Source: Verrucomicrobiota bacterium (GTDB lineage Bacteria > Verrucomicrobiota > Kiritimatiellia > JAAZAB01). From it: a DNA stretch of 60,066 nucleotides. Of this stretch, positions 8,947-17,954 are shown in pieces. Positions within the stretch are counted from its first letter, which is position 1; the number at the start of each line of letters is the position of its first letter. A program made the position numbers and the translations under genes. The notes beneath the pieces were generated by a model. That model ran no database searches. It was not told where the DNA came from and saw only the letters and a list, made by a program, of their open reading frames with translations. The DNA is taken from contig JAHIJO010000166.1 of assembly GCA_018898455.1 (NCBI GenBank), positions 1 through 60,066 on the forward strand. Reading direction: 5' to 3'.

Positions 8947-11601
8947 TCATATCGGCTTGGCTGACGTCCGGATCATTTCGATTGTCTGGTTGGGACAACG
9001 CTGGAGGCACATGCCGCAGGCGACGCACTTGTCTTCATCCAGTTTCACCCGCCCGGTGTCGGCCATGGTATAAGCAAACATCTTGCAGATATTGAGACAG
9101 ATCAGGCAACCGGGGCCACAGCCGCAGGCCAGGCAACGGGATGCTTCTTTAACCGCCTGTTCCTGCGACAACACCGGCGCATATTCATCAAACGTGGCCA
9201 CTCGCTTGAGCGGCGCCAGCTTCGTCAGCTTGGGCCGATATGCGCGTGGTTCCTTGCCGTGACGGACCAGCACCGCGTCCTTGTCCACCTTCGCCCCCGG
9301 CGGATCATAATCCAGCAACGCTTTTTTACCCGAGAGATAATGGTCCATTGACACCGCTGCGCGCTTGCCCTGGGCGATGGCGGAAATCACGTTTTTCGGA
9401 CCGAGCACGCAGTCACCGCCGGCATACACGCCCTTCACCGACGTGGCGCCGGTCTGCTCATTCACAACAATCGTGCCGTGATCATTCAGCCGCAATTCCG
9501 GCGCCACCACGCCCTGGCCAACGGCGGAAATCACGGCGCCAACCTGCAGGATGAACTCGGTGCCCGGGACTTCCATCGGGCTCCGGCGGCCCGAGGCGTC
9601 TTTCCGGCTCGACAACACGTAATTCAACATCCGAATGCCGGTTACTTTGCCGTTGCGGGTCAAGATCATCCGCGGCGAGACGAGATACATGATCTTCACA
9701 CCTTCCTCTTCCGCTTCCCAGACTTCCTCCGGTGTGGCGGGCATTTCGTCTTTTGTCCGGCGATACAGGACATACACGTCCTTGACGCCCAGCCGGCGCG
9801 CCGTACGCGCCGAATCAATGGCGGTGAATCCACCGCCGATGACCGCCACGCTCTTGCCCAACGCAACTGATTTTCCTTCGCGGACGCGGCGCAAGAAGTC
9901 GATCGCGGAATAATTCCCGGCGGCGCCTTCGCCGGTGATGTTCAGGCGCCAGCCCGTTTGAGCGCCGACGCCGAAAAAGATCGCTTTGAACCCGTGTTTG
10001 GCGAGGAACGTCAATGTCATGTCACGCCCCAGCGCCTGGCCGCATCGAATCGTCACCCCCAGGGTCTTCAATGTGGCCAGTTCCTTATCGATATCCTTAT
10101 CGTTCAGCCGGAACGCCGGAATACCATAGCGGAGCATGCCGCCCGCCTTGCGCGACGCTTCAAACATTGTCACGCGGTAACCGACGCGCGCGAGATCATA
10201 GGCGCAGGCAATCCCGGCGGGACCTGAACCGACAACGGCTACTTTGGCGGTTTTCCGGGCGCCGCGCTTGTTGAGAATCCCCGGCTTCCAGCCGTTGCGT
10301 GCTGCCATATTGAGGACAAAGTGCTTGATGTCGCGGATCATGAGGGGCTCGTCTTTCGCGCTCCGGGTGCATTCCTTCTCGCAGGCGTGATCGCACACCT
10401 TGCCGCAAACCGATTGCAAGGGCGATTTGCTCATGATCAACTGGTAGGCCAGCTCGAAGTCCCCTTCCGCCACGGCGCGCACATACCCCTGCGCCGGCAC
10501 GGAATTCGGGCACGCGGCCACGCAGGGCGCCTGCGGACGGGTATCCTGCAGGCGGGCATGGCCGGCATACAATGTCAGCTTAGGGGCCGCCGTGATGGCC
10601 GGCACCAGGATGTCACGCACGGCGCGCAAGGATTTTAATTCCTTTTCCTTCAGGTATTGTTTGACACCCTTGATAAACGCAGGGAAATAGCCGAACCCGT
10701 GCACGATTGTCGCGGTGCACATGCCGATGAGGTCGGCGCCCACCATGGCCATCTCGACGGCATCCTGCCAGGTGGTCACGCCGCCCACGCCGGTGATGAT
10801 CTTGTCGGGGCCGTTCATCTTGCGCATTTCATACACGTCGCGCAGGCCAAGCGGTTTCAGCCACGGGCCGTTAAAACAGGCCATGCCGATTTCCTTTTGC
10901 AGGTAATACTGGGAGTGCGTGGGATTATCCAGGTTGATGGGAGGAATGCCCAGACGGTTCGCGGCGCCGCCGACACCATCTGCCCCCGCGTCGCAGGCGG
11001 CCTTGGAAACCTTGGCGATTTGTCCGCCTTCCGGCGTCAGCTTGACGAATAAGGGAATTCTGATCGCCGCGCGCACCGCGCGCACCACCTGCTCGGCCAC
11101 CGAGAGGTTTTTGCCCATGGACGCGCCCGTCTTGGGCCCGCCCGCGTCTTTGCCGGATAATTCCACGTTGAACGACATGTTCGGACAGCACATGTTCAGT
11201 TCGACGATATCGACACCGGCATTTTCGCACTTCCGGGCCATCGTTGCCCAGCCTTCTGGTCCCTTGTCACCCGCGTAGGTAATATTGGCAAAGAGCACAA
11301 GTTCCGGCGTTTGTTTCTTGCCCTGTTCGATCAGCTTGAGCAGTTCATCCAGCAGCAGGCGCTTTTCCGCCGTGAACACGAGGAAATTCTGGTCCGGGTA
11401 GTATCCGTAACGCGGCGAGCGATTAATGTATGGCAGGGGGTACACCGTCAATTTCAGGCTCGCACCGCCAAAGCCGTTGTCGCGAATGGCCTTGAGTTGT
11501 TCAATCGTCATGGTTGTCGGGCCGGATGAAACATAAAAAGGATTTCGGAACCTGACGCCCGCGAGCGTTACCGGCATGTTAACGTCGTTTGTTGTCTGCA
11601 T
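8947..11601 (-). CDS. Dihydropyrimidine dehydrogenase-like fusion: PreA/DHODH FMN barrel + GltD/PreT FAD-NADPH domain + 4Fe-4S ferredoxin
   Basis: N-terminal NPFYVSSGP, ELNMCCPN, VKLTP, GVGGV; middle PCVAACP, CGKVCDHACE, GSGPAG, GGGFTAID; C-terminal CVACGMCLQRCP. Confidence 0.8.
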   Translation of the reverse strand: MQTTNDVNMPVTLAGVRFRNPFYVSSGPTTMTIEQLKAIRDNGFGGASLKLTVYPLPYINRSPRYGYYPDQNFLVFTAEKRLLLDELLKLIEQGKKQTPELVLFANITYAGDKGPEGWATMARKCENAGVDIVELNMCCPNMSFNVELSGKDAGGPKTGASMGKNLSVAEQVVRAVRAAIRIPLFVKLTPEGGQIAKVSKAACDAGADGVGGAANRLGIPPINLDNPTHSQYYLQKEIGMACFNGPWLKPLGLRDVYEMRKMNGPDKIITGVGGVTTWQDAVEMAMVGADLIGMCTATIVHGFGYFPAFIKGVKQYLKEKELKSLRAVRDILVPAITAAPKLTLYAGHARLQDTRPQAPCVAACPNSVPAQGYVRAVAEGDFELAYQLIMSKSPLQSVCGKVCDHACEKECTRSAKDEPLMIRDIKHFVLNMAARNGWKPGILNKRGARKTAKVAVVGSGPAGIACAYDLARVGYRVTMFEASRKAGGMLRYGIPAFRLNDKDIDKELATLKTLGVTIRCGQALGRDMTLTFLAKHGFKAIFFGVGAQTGWRLNITGEGAAGNYSAIDFLRRVREGKSVALGKSVAVIGGGFTAIDSARTARRLGVKDVYVLYRRTKDEMPATPEEVWEAEEEGVKIMYLVSPRMILTRNGKVTGIRMLNYVLSSRKDASGRRSPMEVPGTEFILQVGAVISAVGQGVVAPELRLNDHGTIVVNEQTGATSVKGVYAGGDCVLGPKNVISAIAQGKRAAVSMDHYLSGKKALLDYDPPGAKVDKDAVLVRHGKEPRAYRPKLTKLAPLKRVATFDEYAPVLSQEQAVKEASRCLACGCGPGCLICLNICKMFAYTMADTGRVKLDEDKCVACGMCLQRCPNQTIEMIRTSAKPI

Positions 11602-11681
11602 GGATGATCAACTCCTGGGTGGGGTGACTTCTTGTTTCACGGTCGGGGCAGTATGCTTCATACGCGTGGGATTGTCAAGTT

Positions 11682-11748
11682 GGAGGGGCCGTTCGCCAGA
11701 ACGGCATCCGACGGCAGCCGGATTGCGATTCTCACGAACCGCCGCTAC
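11682..11748. repeat. REP-like element, copy 2
   Basis: GGAGGGGCCGTTCGCCAGAACGG...CCGCCGCTAC, sharing both ends with the 3985 copy. Confidence 0.7.
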
Positions 11749-11869
11749 ATCCCCGCAATAATTGTCCGGTTGCTTTTTTACTTTAATTCCGCTGGATAAA
11801 CCATTATATTTCCGACCACATTTCGTATTACACCAGCACGCAACGATTTTTTTCCTGAAACGAGGCGTT

Positions 11870-13174
11870 ATGAAACAACTGCTCAATACCCAGGCCGACC
11901 CAAACATTATTACCGATATTACGCTCGGAAAAGATGCGGCTGTTGACCTGCTCTACGGCTGTTTCCGCATTAATAATCCCAGGGGCGATGCGTTTGCGAC
12001 CCAGCGGGATGTCGAAATCGTCGCCCGCAGTGGAAATAAAATCCGGATCAACGTCCCGGAAACCATGAAGATAGATTTGCCGGCAGACACCAAGCTGGCC
12101 AACACGCAAATGTTCCGCCTAGAAAATATCGGCAAATACCGGGATACCATGTATCTCCTGACGCTCCGTGCCGGCTGGAACCAGGTCGAGCGGGATATCA
12201 ACCGCATGATCGACCTGGATCCGGAAGGGACCTTCGTTGGCAAGTTGTATGGAAAGGAGTTTGATATTCTGCTGGCAACAGCTTCGGTTTTGCCGCTGGG
12301 CCGGAACAACAGCTGGATCGGCATGATCCTTGTTCATCCGGAGGTGCGGCGCCAGGGCATTGCCAATGCCATGATGCAGGCCTGCGTGAAATACGCCATC
12401 GATTCGGGCAAAATCATCAACGGGCTGGACGCCACCCCCATGGGCAACACCGTCTATGGTGCCGTGGGGTATGTGAATTCATATCGGATCTGGCGCTCGG
12501 TCTTCCAACCCGGCGAATTTGCGGAACAGACCTACGACACCCATCACGTCACCGCCATCAAAGACAACGACCTGAGCGATGTCATCCGCTATGACGCTGA
12601 CGCCTTCCTGGAACGCAATGCCATCCTGCGCGGACTGTTCACGGATAGTCAGGACGGATGTTTTGTTTACCGAAATGACCACGGTGCTGTGCAGGGGTAT
12701 TGTTTTACGCGGCCCGGACGCCTGCGCCCATTCGTCGGCCCCTTTGTCGCGGATACGGAGGCCATCGCCCGCGCTCTGTTGATCGCCGCCAGTCGTCATT
12801 TGCATGCGGGAAATCCCGGCGGAACTGCGTTGATAGATACGCCGGAAAGCAAATTCTCGGACCCCGGCATTTATGTCGAACGCGTATTTGAGCAGAAAAA
12901 AAAGCCTTCCGGTCACCGGCTGAGCACCACCCTGACGCCGGTCCGCGATTTCACGCGCATGTATCAACTGGTCCGGGATACGGACGTTGATAAGCTGGTT
13001 GAGCAACTTGTTACGGCCGAGGGCTTGGACAAGCAATCTCCGCGGGTCCATGAATTTCGGGAAACCATGGCAAAATCGGTTAATAATTATACCATTACCC
13101 GAGGCTTCATGGAACTGGAACGCCAGGAATTGCAGAAAAAATTCTGGGGCATTACTGGTCCGGAAAAAGGCTAA
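11870..13174 (+). CDS. GNAT family acetyltransferase (tandem GNAT, N-terminal extension)
   Basis: GWNQ, WIGMILVHPEVRRQGIA (acetyl-CoA motif), LDATPMG and GPFVAD; GAGG RBS before ATG 11870. Confidence 0.78.
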   Translation: MKQLLNTQADPNIITDITLGKDAAVDLLYGCFRINNPRGDAFATQRDVEIVARSGNKIRINVPETMKIDLPADTKLANTQMFRLENIGKYRDTMYLLTLRAGWNQVERDINRMIDLDPEGTFVGKLYGKEFDILLATASVLPLGRNNSWIGMILVHPEVRRQGIANAMMQACVKYAIDSGKIINGLDATPMGNTVYGAVGYVNSYRIWRSVFQPGEFAEQTYDTHHVTAIKDNDLSDVIRYDADAFLERNAILRGLFTDSQDGCFVYRNDHGAVQGYCFTRPGRLRPFVGPFVADTEAIARALLIAASRHLHAGNPGGTALIDTPESKFSDPGIYVERVFEQKKKPSGHRLSTTLTPVRDFTRMYQLVRDTDVDKLVEQLVTAEGLDKQSPRVHEFRETMAKSVNNYTITRGFMELERQELQKKFWGITGPEKG

Positions 13175-13197
13175 TCCGAATTTTGCGGTAAGGCGGT

Positions 13198-13659
13198 TCA
13201 ATCTTTTTCTTCGCTCCGGCTTTTCAACTCGATGGATACCGGACCGTCATTGACGATTTCAACGAGCATCATCGCCTGGAACCGGCCGGTGGCCACCCGT
13301 TCCGGCCCCAGAATGTGGCGCAGGCAGTCTACATAATATTCATAAAGGCGGTTAGCCTCCTCTGCCGGCGCCGCCAGAATGAAACTGGGCCGGTTGCCCT
13401 TGCGGGTATCCGCATGCAGGGTAAACTGCGAAACGACCAGGACGCTCCCCTCGACTTCAATGATGGAGCGGTTCATGCGTTCCTGCTCGTCCGGGAATAT
13501 CCGGAGGGCGGCGGTCTTATCCGCAAGGTATTGGGCGTCGGCTTCCGTATCACCCTTCTTCACCCCCAGCAGGACCACGTACCCCCGTCCGATTTCGCTG
13601 ATCACGCCCTCATTGACAGACACTTTTCCACGCCGAACCCGTTGAATCCATGCTTTCAT
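13198..13659 (-). CDS. dtd: D-aminoacyl-tRNA deacylase
   Basis: IQRV, LRIF, VSQFTL, KGNRPSF and NDGPVS motifs. Confidence 0.95.
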   Translation of the reverse strand: MKAWIQRVRRGKVSVNEGVISEIGRGYVVLLGVKKGDTEADAQYLADKTAALRIFPDEQERMNRSIIEVEGSVLVVSQFTLHADTRKGNRPSFILAAPAEEANRLYEYYVDCLRHILGPERVATGRFQAMMLVEIVNDGPVSIELKSRSEEKD

Positions 13660-13694
13660 ATAGCCCGTTCCTTTCCCACGGTAATGTCTCAGTC

Positions 13695-13730
13695 ATAGGG
13701 GCACGGTTCACCGTGGCCGGTTCGCCCTAC
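13695..13730. repeat. Short degenerate (G)TAGGG...CCCTAC REP-like hairpin
   Basis: ATAGGGGCACGGTTCACCGTGGCCGGTTCGCCCTAC with an internal CACGG/CCGTG stem. Confidence 0.45.
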
Positions 13731-13929
13731 CTTTCCCGTTAGATGCAATCGGTGCGGCGAGGCGTCTCTACCGAGCCGTCTGTGTGTGATTTACAATGAC
13801 CCTCAAGACAGATTAATTAACTTCCCGCGCAAATTTAGTCTTGCCTGCCAGCTTCAAAACGCTTATACAAACTCTTTTTCAACCGTATGATTGGCGCTGT
13901 GGCAAAGCATACTAAAAGGAACGGGATTT

Positions 13930-14994
13930 ATGAAAGAGAAAATCAAGATTGGAATCGTGGGCTCGAAATTCGCCGCCGATTTTCATGCCTTCAGTTACGC
14001 GCGCACATCAGGCGTCGAAATCGCTGCCGTAGCCGCCATCGACAACCTGGAGCCGTTCGCGAAGAAATGGAATATTCCCAAAACCTACGCCGACTACAAG
14101 GAGATGCTGGCCCGGGAAGACCTGGACCTGGTGTCCGTCTGCGCGCCCAACTTTCTGCATCACGATATCGCGGTCGCCGCCGCCCGCGCCGGTAAGCACG
14201 TGTTTTGCGAAAAACCGCTGGCTACCACGACAGCCGATGCCCGCGACATAATCGCGACGTGCCGGACGGCAGGCGTGAAACTGTTTTACGGCGAAGACTG
14301 GTGCTTTGCTCCGCCGCTAAAACGCATGATCGAGGTGATCGGCGAAGGCGGCGTCGGCAAGGTCCTGTATGTCAAAGCCAAGGAATGCCACAATGGTACC
14401 CATAGCCCCTTCGCCAAAAAGAAGGAGACCTGCGGCGGCGGGTGCCTGATTCACCTTGCCATTCATCCCATCGGCTGGGTGCTGCATCTGCTGGGGCAGT
14501 CCGGCAACAACAAGGTGGTCGAGGTCTTCGGGAAATGCAATGGGGGACTGCGTGATAATTACGTGCACCAGGAAAACGGGGGGGAAGATTTTGCGCTGGG
14601 TGTCATGAAGTTCGCCAACGGCGAACATGCGCTGATCGAAGGCAATTATATCACCGTCGGCGGCATGGACGACAAGGTCGAGGTGTACGGCACCGAAGGC
14701 AACATCAAGGCGGACCTGACCTTCGGTTCCTGCTTGAATGTGTATAGCCGTCCCGGCTATAAATATGTCATTGAAAAGACGGACAATACCCTGGGCTGGA
14801 CCAAGCCGGCCGTTGACGAATTTCTGAACCTGGGGTACGTGGACGAACTGGCTTACGCCGTGGACTGCGTGCGACGTAACGAGGAGCCCATGTACGGCTG
14901 CAGTGGGGCACTGGGCCTGGCCTGCATCGAAATCATCAGCGCCATGTATCAGTCGCATGAAACCGGCGCGGTGGTGCGTGGGAAATGGGGATAG
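13930..14994 (+). CDS. Gfo/Idh/MocA family oxidoreductase
   Basis: KIGIVG Rossmann start, PNFLH, CEKPLA and GGGCLIHLAIH motifs. Confidence 0.9.
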   Translation: MKEKIKIGIVGSKFAADFHAFSYARTSGVEIAAVAAIDNLEPFAKKWNIPKTYADYKEMLAREDLDLVSVCAPNFLHHDIAVAAARAGKHVFCEKPLATTTADARDIIATCRTAGVKLFYGEDWCFAPPLKRMIEVIGEGGVGKVLYVKAKECHNGTHSPFAKKKETCGGGCLIHLAIHPIGWVLHLLGQSGNNKVVEVFGKCNGGLRDNYVHQENGGEDFALGVMKFANGEHALIEGNYITVGGMDDKVEVYGTEGNIKADLTFGSCLNVYSRPGYKYVIEKTDNTLGWTKPAVDEFLNLGYVDELAYAVDCVRRNEEPMYGCSGALGLACIEIISAMYQSHETGAVVRGKWG

Positions 14995-15007
14995 GGTGCG
15001 GCCAATA

Positions 15008-15207
15008 ATGGGTGATGGTTAATGGTTGATGGTTGATGTAGAACAGGATTGCGGCCCCGCCTGCAGCGCTATGCGCAGCATTGCGGGTAGGTTGCATATT
15101 GCCTGCCCTGCCTGCCCGCCGACTTGTCGCGCCGACGCGTCCGCCGAAGCTCCTTGAGCGAAGGGGGAAGCGGCTTCGCGTAGAGGGAAGCCTTGGCGAA
15201 GGTGGGC
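15008..15207. repeat. Intergenic repeat cluster: ATGGTT(G/A) heptamer run, CCCGCCTGCA..TGCGGGTAGG palindrome, nested TCCGCCGAAGC/AAGCCTTGGCGAAGG modules
   Basis: Read directly from the sequence; the 15056-15091 unit recurs at 23300-23342. Confidence 0.6.
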
Positions 15208-15360
15208 GCAAGCGAAGCGCGTCGAAGGGCGGATTGTTCTAAGCGCTTTACATGGCGTAGTGAGGAATCTCAAGGGAAGAGATAATGATCGCCGATTTCT
15301 GACCGGCAAGCATGTAACTGCGGATGGAATTCCGTATACCGCCGGAATGAGGTGCCGGGT

Positions 15361-15684
15361 ATGAACACACTGCGGGTGACAGCGGATTACTACCAGCAAT
15401 TCGACGTGGACTTCGATCGGGATGTGTCGGCAGAGGGGTATGGAGGATGGAACCGGTGTGCCGAGTTTATCCCGCGGGCGGATGAAATCTGCCGGACCGT
15501 TCTTCCACCATTGCGGGCGGCGGTCCGCAAGGCGGGCCTGACGCTGATTCACGTGGTTTCGTCCAAGAGCTACTGTCAGCACTATCCCGGTTATCAGCGC
15601 GCGGTGGCCCTGGCCGGCCCGGAGCCCGTGCCCCCCGAACCGATTCCTTCCGATCCGATCGTTGACTCGTTGTGGAAGTTTTAA
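15361..15684 (+). pseudogene. Truncated hydrolase-like gene remnant (possibly isochorismatase/cysteine hydrolase N-terminus)
   Basis: GAGG RBS plus ATG; protein-like sequence ending abruptly after a LRAAVRKAGLTLIHV helix-strand segment. Family assignment is from recall. Confidence 0.45.
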
Positions 15685-15899
15685 GAAAGACAATTCCTTC
15701 GCCGATTGGGCAGCTGGATGCGATGACTGTTGCGCCAAATGGAAAAGCGTATGGCATCACCGGAAACGCCGTGGCGGAAATAGACCCCTCTGACTGGACC
15801 GGGAAAAAGATCGCCAATGAGGGTGGGAAATTTCTGGCCGCGGATCGGGACAGCATCCTTTACTTTGCTCGGGGCCCATGCCTGTTCCAGTTGAGGTGA
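15672..15899 (+). pseudogene. C-terminal remnant of a beta-propeller protein
   Basis: AMTVAPNGKAYG...AEIDP...ILYFARGPCLFQLR resembles the final blades of the downstream protein (LLAGPDGRLY...ARVDP...IYFAGTSHLYSY). Confidence 0.5.
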
Positions 15900-16035
15900 A
15901 TTTGTGAATCAAACGCAAGCATAGACCTGAGCGACTGGCTGGGGTGCAGCTTTTTGGCGGATGCCGAGCCGGATGATAACAGGTTGACATGAGTTCCGAC
16001 ATGGATTCAACCGGGTGATAACCAGGAGAAGACCG

Positions 16036-17925
16036 ATGAAGCAAGACTTGGGCAATGGTTTCGTTGATCACGGAGCAGCCAATCCGTTCAGCAACCATCG
16101 CGGCACCGTTGCCACAATCAACGGGAAGGGCCGCAACGTTGTGCTGGTCTGGCTGCACGACCACCGCGGCGGGTATGCCCTGCTGGTGATCGACGCGGAA
16201 ACGGGAAAGAGCGACGAATTTCCGGTTCCGTTTCCGCCCGGTGGTGACTGCCCCTACGCCTCGATCCTTTCGAGCGGCAACAGGTTCTACACCCATTTCA
16301 ACAGCCACTTCGTGGAGTTTGATCCCGCGGTACGGGCGTTCACCTTCCACCACAGTACCGCGCCGCAGATGGCTATGAGCATGACCGAGGACGATAACGG
16401 CCTCATCTGGTCAGTCACGTATCCGGATAGCGGTGTTGTATCGTTTAACCCCAAGAGCCGCGAGTTCAGGGACTACGGCCACGTGTACAAGCAGAACTGG
16501 ATGCAATATCAGCGCTCCGTTGCCGCTGACGACACCGGCTGGATCTACTTTGGGGTGGGCAACACTGCCAGCCAGATTGTCGCTCTGGATCCCCAGAGCG
16601 GCCAGGCGCGGCCGCTGCTCATGGAGAATGAACGCCATCAAGGAAGCGCGTATGTCTATCGTGACGTGAACGGGAAGGTCTATGGTCTCCCGGTCGGCGG
16701 GACAGACGAGGGCTGGTATGAATTCCACCAGGGCGAGGCGAAGAAGATTGGAAAGATCGAACAAAAACGGGAGAAACCAGTTATTACGGGAAGTCAGGCA
16801 TTGTTTCATAGCGATTTTCCCGACGGCAAAAAGCTTAAGGTTTGCGACACCGTGACCCGCACCCTCATTTTAGAGGATCCGAAGAATGAGGCGGTCAGGG
16901 AACTGCGCTTTGACTACACGAGCGAAGGCAATGGGGTGATGGGCTGCGCGGTCGCTCCGGACGGCACAATCTGCGGCGGCACGTTATTCCCCTTCCGCTT
17001 CTTCAGCTATAACCCGAAAACGTCTGGGTGGACGAACTGCGCAAGCTACGGGCAGTGGAACACCGTGGTCCGGCAAGGCGATCGTTTCTTTGTCGGCGGC
17101 TACCCGGGCGGCTTCCTGCTGGAATGGGATCCGTCACGCCCGTGGGTTCCGACCGAAAAGGGCAGGCCGGATTGCAATCCCCTTTTCCTCACGGATTGCA
17201 CCCCGGTGATCAACCGTCCTCACAAACTCCTGGCGCACCCCGACGGGAAGACCATCGTTCTGGCGGGCACCCCCGACTATGGTTATACCGGTGGCGGCCT
17301 GCTGTTCTGGGACCGCCAGACTCGCACCAGGATGCTGATCGAGCATACGGCCATTTTGCCGGAGCATTCGACAATGAGTTTGGTGGCGCTCCCGGGCGGC
17401 AAGCTTCTGGGCGGCACGACAACCAGACCGGGGACCGGCGGCGAACAGAAAGCCAAGGAGGCGGAACTTTACATCATGGACATGACGACGAAAAAAATCG
17501 AGTGGCATGCGGCTATCTTCCCCAACGCACAGGAGTATACGGACATCTGCCTTGGCCCTGACGGGTTTCTTTATGGCCTGGCGGACTGTTCCGTATGGGT
17601 CTCAGCCCGGTTGACGTATGGGAAACGGTTTTTTGTCTTCGATCCGGCCCGGTTGGCGGTTCTCCACGAAGCAGACACGGAGGCTGAATTCGGGCTGGTC
17701 GGCTATCAGCAAGGCCCACGCAAACTGCTGGCCGGCCCCGACGGCAGGCTATACGTGTTGTTTAGTAAAGGCATTGCCCGGGTTGATCCGGCCACCTATC
17801 AGCTCGCGCTATTGGCCGAGTCACCCGTGCCTATCGGCGCCGGCGGAGATATTCAGGATGGGCACATCTATTTTGCCGGCACATCGCACCTTTACAGTTA
17901 TAGCTTTGATTTTACACGTAGCTAA
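16036..17925 (+). CDS. Multi-blade beta-propeller protein, function unknown
   Basis: Repeated xxPDGxxY/xxFDP blade motifs; AGGAG RBS; no signal peptide apparent. Confidence 0.75.
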   Translation: MKQDLGNGFVDHGAANPFSNHRGTVATINGKGRNVVLVWLHDHRGGYALLVIDAETGKSDEFPVPFPPGGDCPYASILSSGNRFYTHFNSHFVEFDPAVRAFTFHHSTAPQMAMSMTEDDNGLIWSVTYPDSGVVSFNPKSREFRDYGHVYKQNWMQYQRSVAADDTGWIYFGVGNTASQIVALDPQSGQARPLLMENERHQGSAYVYRDVNGKVYGLPVGGTDEGWYEFHQGEAKKIGKIEQKREKPVITGSQALFHSDFPDGKKLKVCDTVTRTLILEDPKNEAVRELRFDYTSEGNGVMGCAVAPDGTICGGTLFPFRFFSYNPKTSGWTNCASYGQWNTVVRQGDRFFVGGYPGGFLLEWDPSRPWVPTEKGRPDCNPLFLTDCTPVINRPHKLLAHPDGKTIVLAGTPDYGYTGGGLLFWDRQTRTRMLIEHTAILPEHSTMSLVALPGGKLLGGTTTRPGTGGEQKAKEAELYIMDMTTKKIEWHAAIFPNAQEYTDICLGPDGFLYGLADCSVWVSARLTYGKRFFVFDPARLAVLHEADTEAEFGLVGYQQGPRKLLAGPDGRLYVLFSKGIARVDPATYQLALLAESPVPIGAGGDIQDGHIYFAGTSHLYSYSFDFTRS

Positions 17926-17954
17926 CTATTAGTCGGTATTTTTGAGGAGCTCTT

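Noticed and set aside
15019-15738. 239-aa minus-strand ORF
   Set aside because: Shadow ORF running across repeats and antisense to the + strand remnant.
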